64,000 bases of DNA from positions 2,728,001-2,792,000 of the forward strand of contig CM030338.1 in NCBI GenBank assembly GCA_017654855.1, in the 5' to 3' direction. Below are positions 63,221 through 64,000 of this stretch, one piece after another. The notes beneath the pieces are model-generated. The model was given only the letters and a program-made list of their open reading frames with translations. It was not told where the DNA came from and did not search any database. The DNA is from Podospora anserina. Lineage: Eukaryota. The position numbers were made by a program, and so were the translations under genes. How positions within the stretch are numbered: the stretch's first letter is position 1; the number at the start of each line of letters is the position of its first letter.

Positions 63221-64000
63221 CCACCCTCTTGACCTTTGTCTCATCCCCCACCTCCAAACCCCCGCTGCTCTTCCTCTTGAGCGGTGACGCGGCCCTCTTC
63301 TTGTTCACAACAGCGGTTTCCGTCTCCTTGACAGTAAAAGCAAAAGGGTTCACCTCGGCAGGTGTGTCATCATCCACCTCCATTGCCTCCTGGACTGTAC
63401 CATTTGTGACTGCGGTTCCCCAGCTGGAAACAACAACTCTCTTCTCCTTCTCAACAACAGCAACAACATCACTTTGCTCCCCAGCGTCACCCATCTCCTC
63501 ATCCGCCGCCTCCTCGCCCCGGAGCTGTCTATCCGCCAACAAGTCATCAAGATTGGCGGAGGGGTCGTACTCATCCGTGTTAAGCTGCGCGTAACGGCCG
63601 GCACGGACGAGGTTGCTGCGGACAACCTCCACCTCTTTTGACGTTCCAAACTTTTGAACGAGAAAAGGAAGGATAGAGGGGTAGTACCGCCCTCTGGAGT
63701 CTTTATACGGTTGCAACACCGACGCGAGCATAGCTTCTTTGTTGGAGGATAAAATAGCGGTGCGGTCGACAAGGGAGCGGATATCGGGGGAGAGGTGCGG
63801 TTGGGGGAGGTGGGAGAGGAATAATGGGAGGAGGGCAGCAGCCGAAGCGAGGAGGGAGGCTGGGAGGGGACTGAATAAAGACGCTGGGGTGGCGGACGGG
63901 GTGGAAAGGAAAGCGTCGGCGTTTCCTTGGACGGTTTGCTTGGCTTTTTCGACGGGGAGGGTGGGTTTGGGTGCGTCGTCTAGGTGGCCTGCTGATAGGA
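63063..64000 (-). CDS. rix1: Pre-rRNA-processing protein Rix1, 3' part (5' end outside the window)
   Basis: Frame is open to the window edge: NADAFL...HLPQPHLSPDIRSLVDRTAILS..AMLASVL.PYKDSRGRYYPSILPFL, with an acidic tail. Confidence 0.75.

Overview
Fungal nuclear DNA from a filamentous ascomycete. Short GT-AG introns with CTAAC/CTGAC branch points, a dispersed 5S gene, a HET-domain gene and the codon style suggest Sordariales, most like Podospora/Triangularia (inference). There are about 17 intact-looking protein genes, including ku80, top3, stb3, pam18, dus1, a partial rix1, C2H2, PHD/ING, WW, cutinase/AXE, GH16, bactofilin-like and BNI4-like genes. Also present are a frameshifted HET pseudogene, a frameshifted SnoaL-like paralog, one 5S rRNA gene and microsatellites. 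The most notable non-coding signal is a ~220-330 bp element in three diverged copies (about 2.1 kb +, 40.7-41.0 kb -, 58.2 kb +). It has a 21-25 bp hairpin kept by compensatory changes, a tRNA-like A-box/B-box core, 3' hairpins and an oligo-T terminator, and looks like an unannotated Pol III, tRNA-derived structured RNA or SINE-like family. A second, unrelated ~330 nt structured-RNA candidate ending in T11 lies at 45.3-45.65 kb (-). Intron boundaries were read by eye and no database searches were run.
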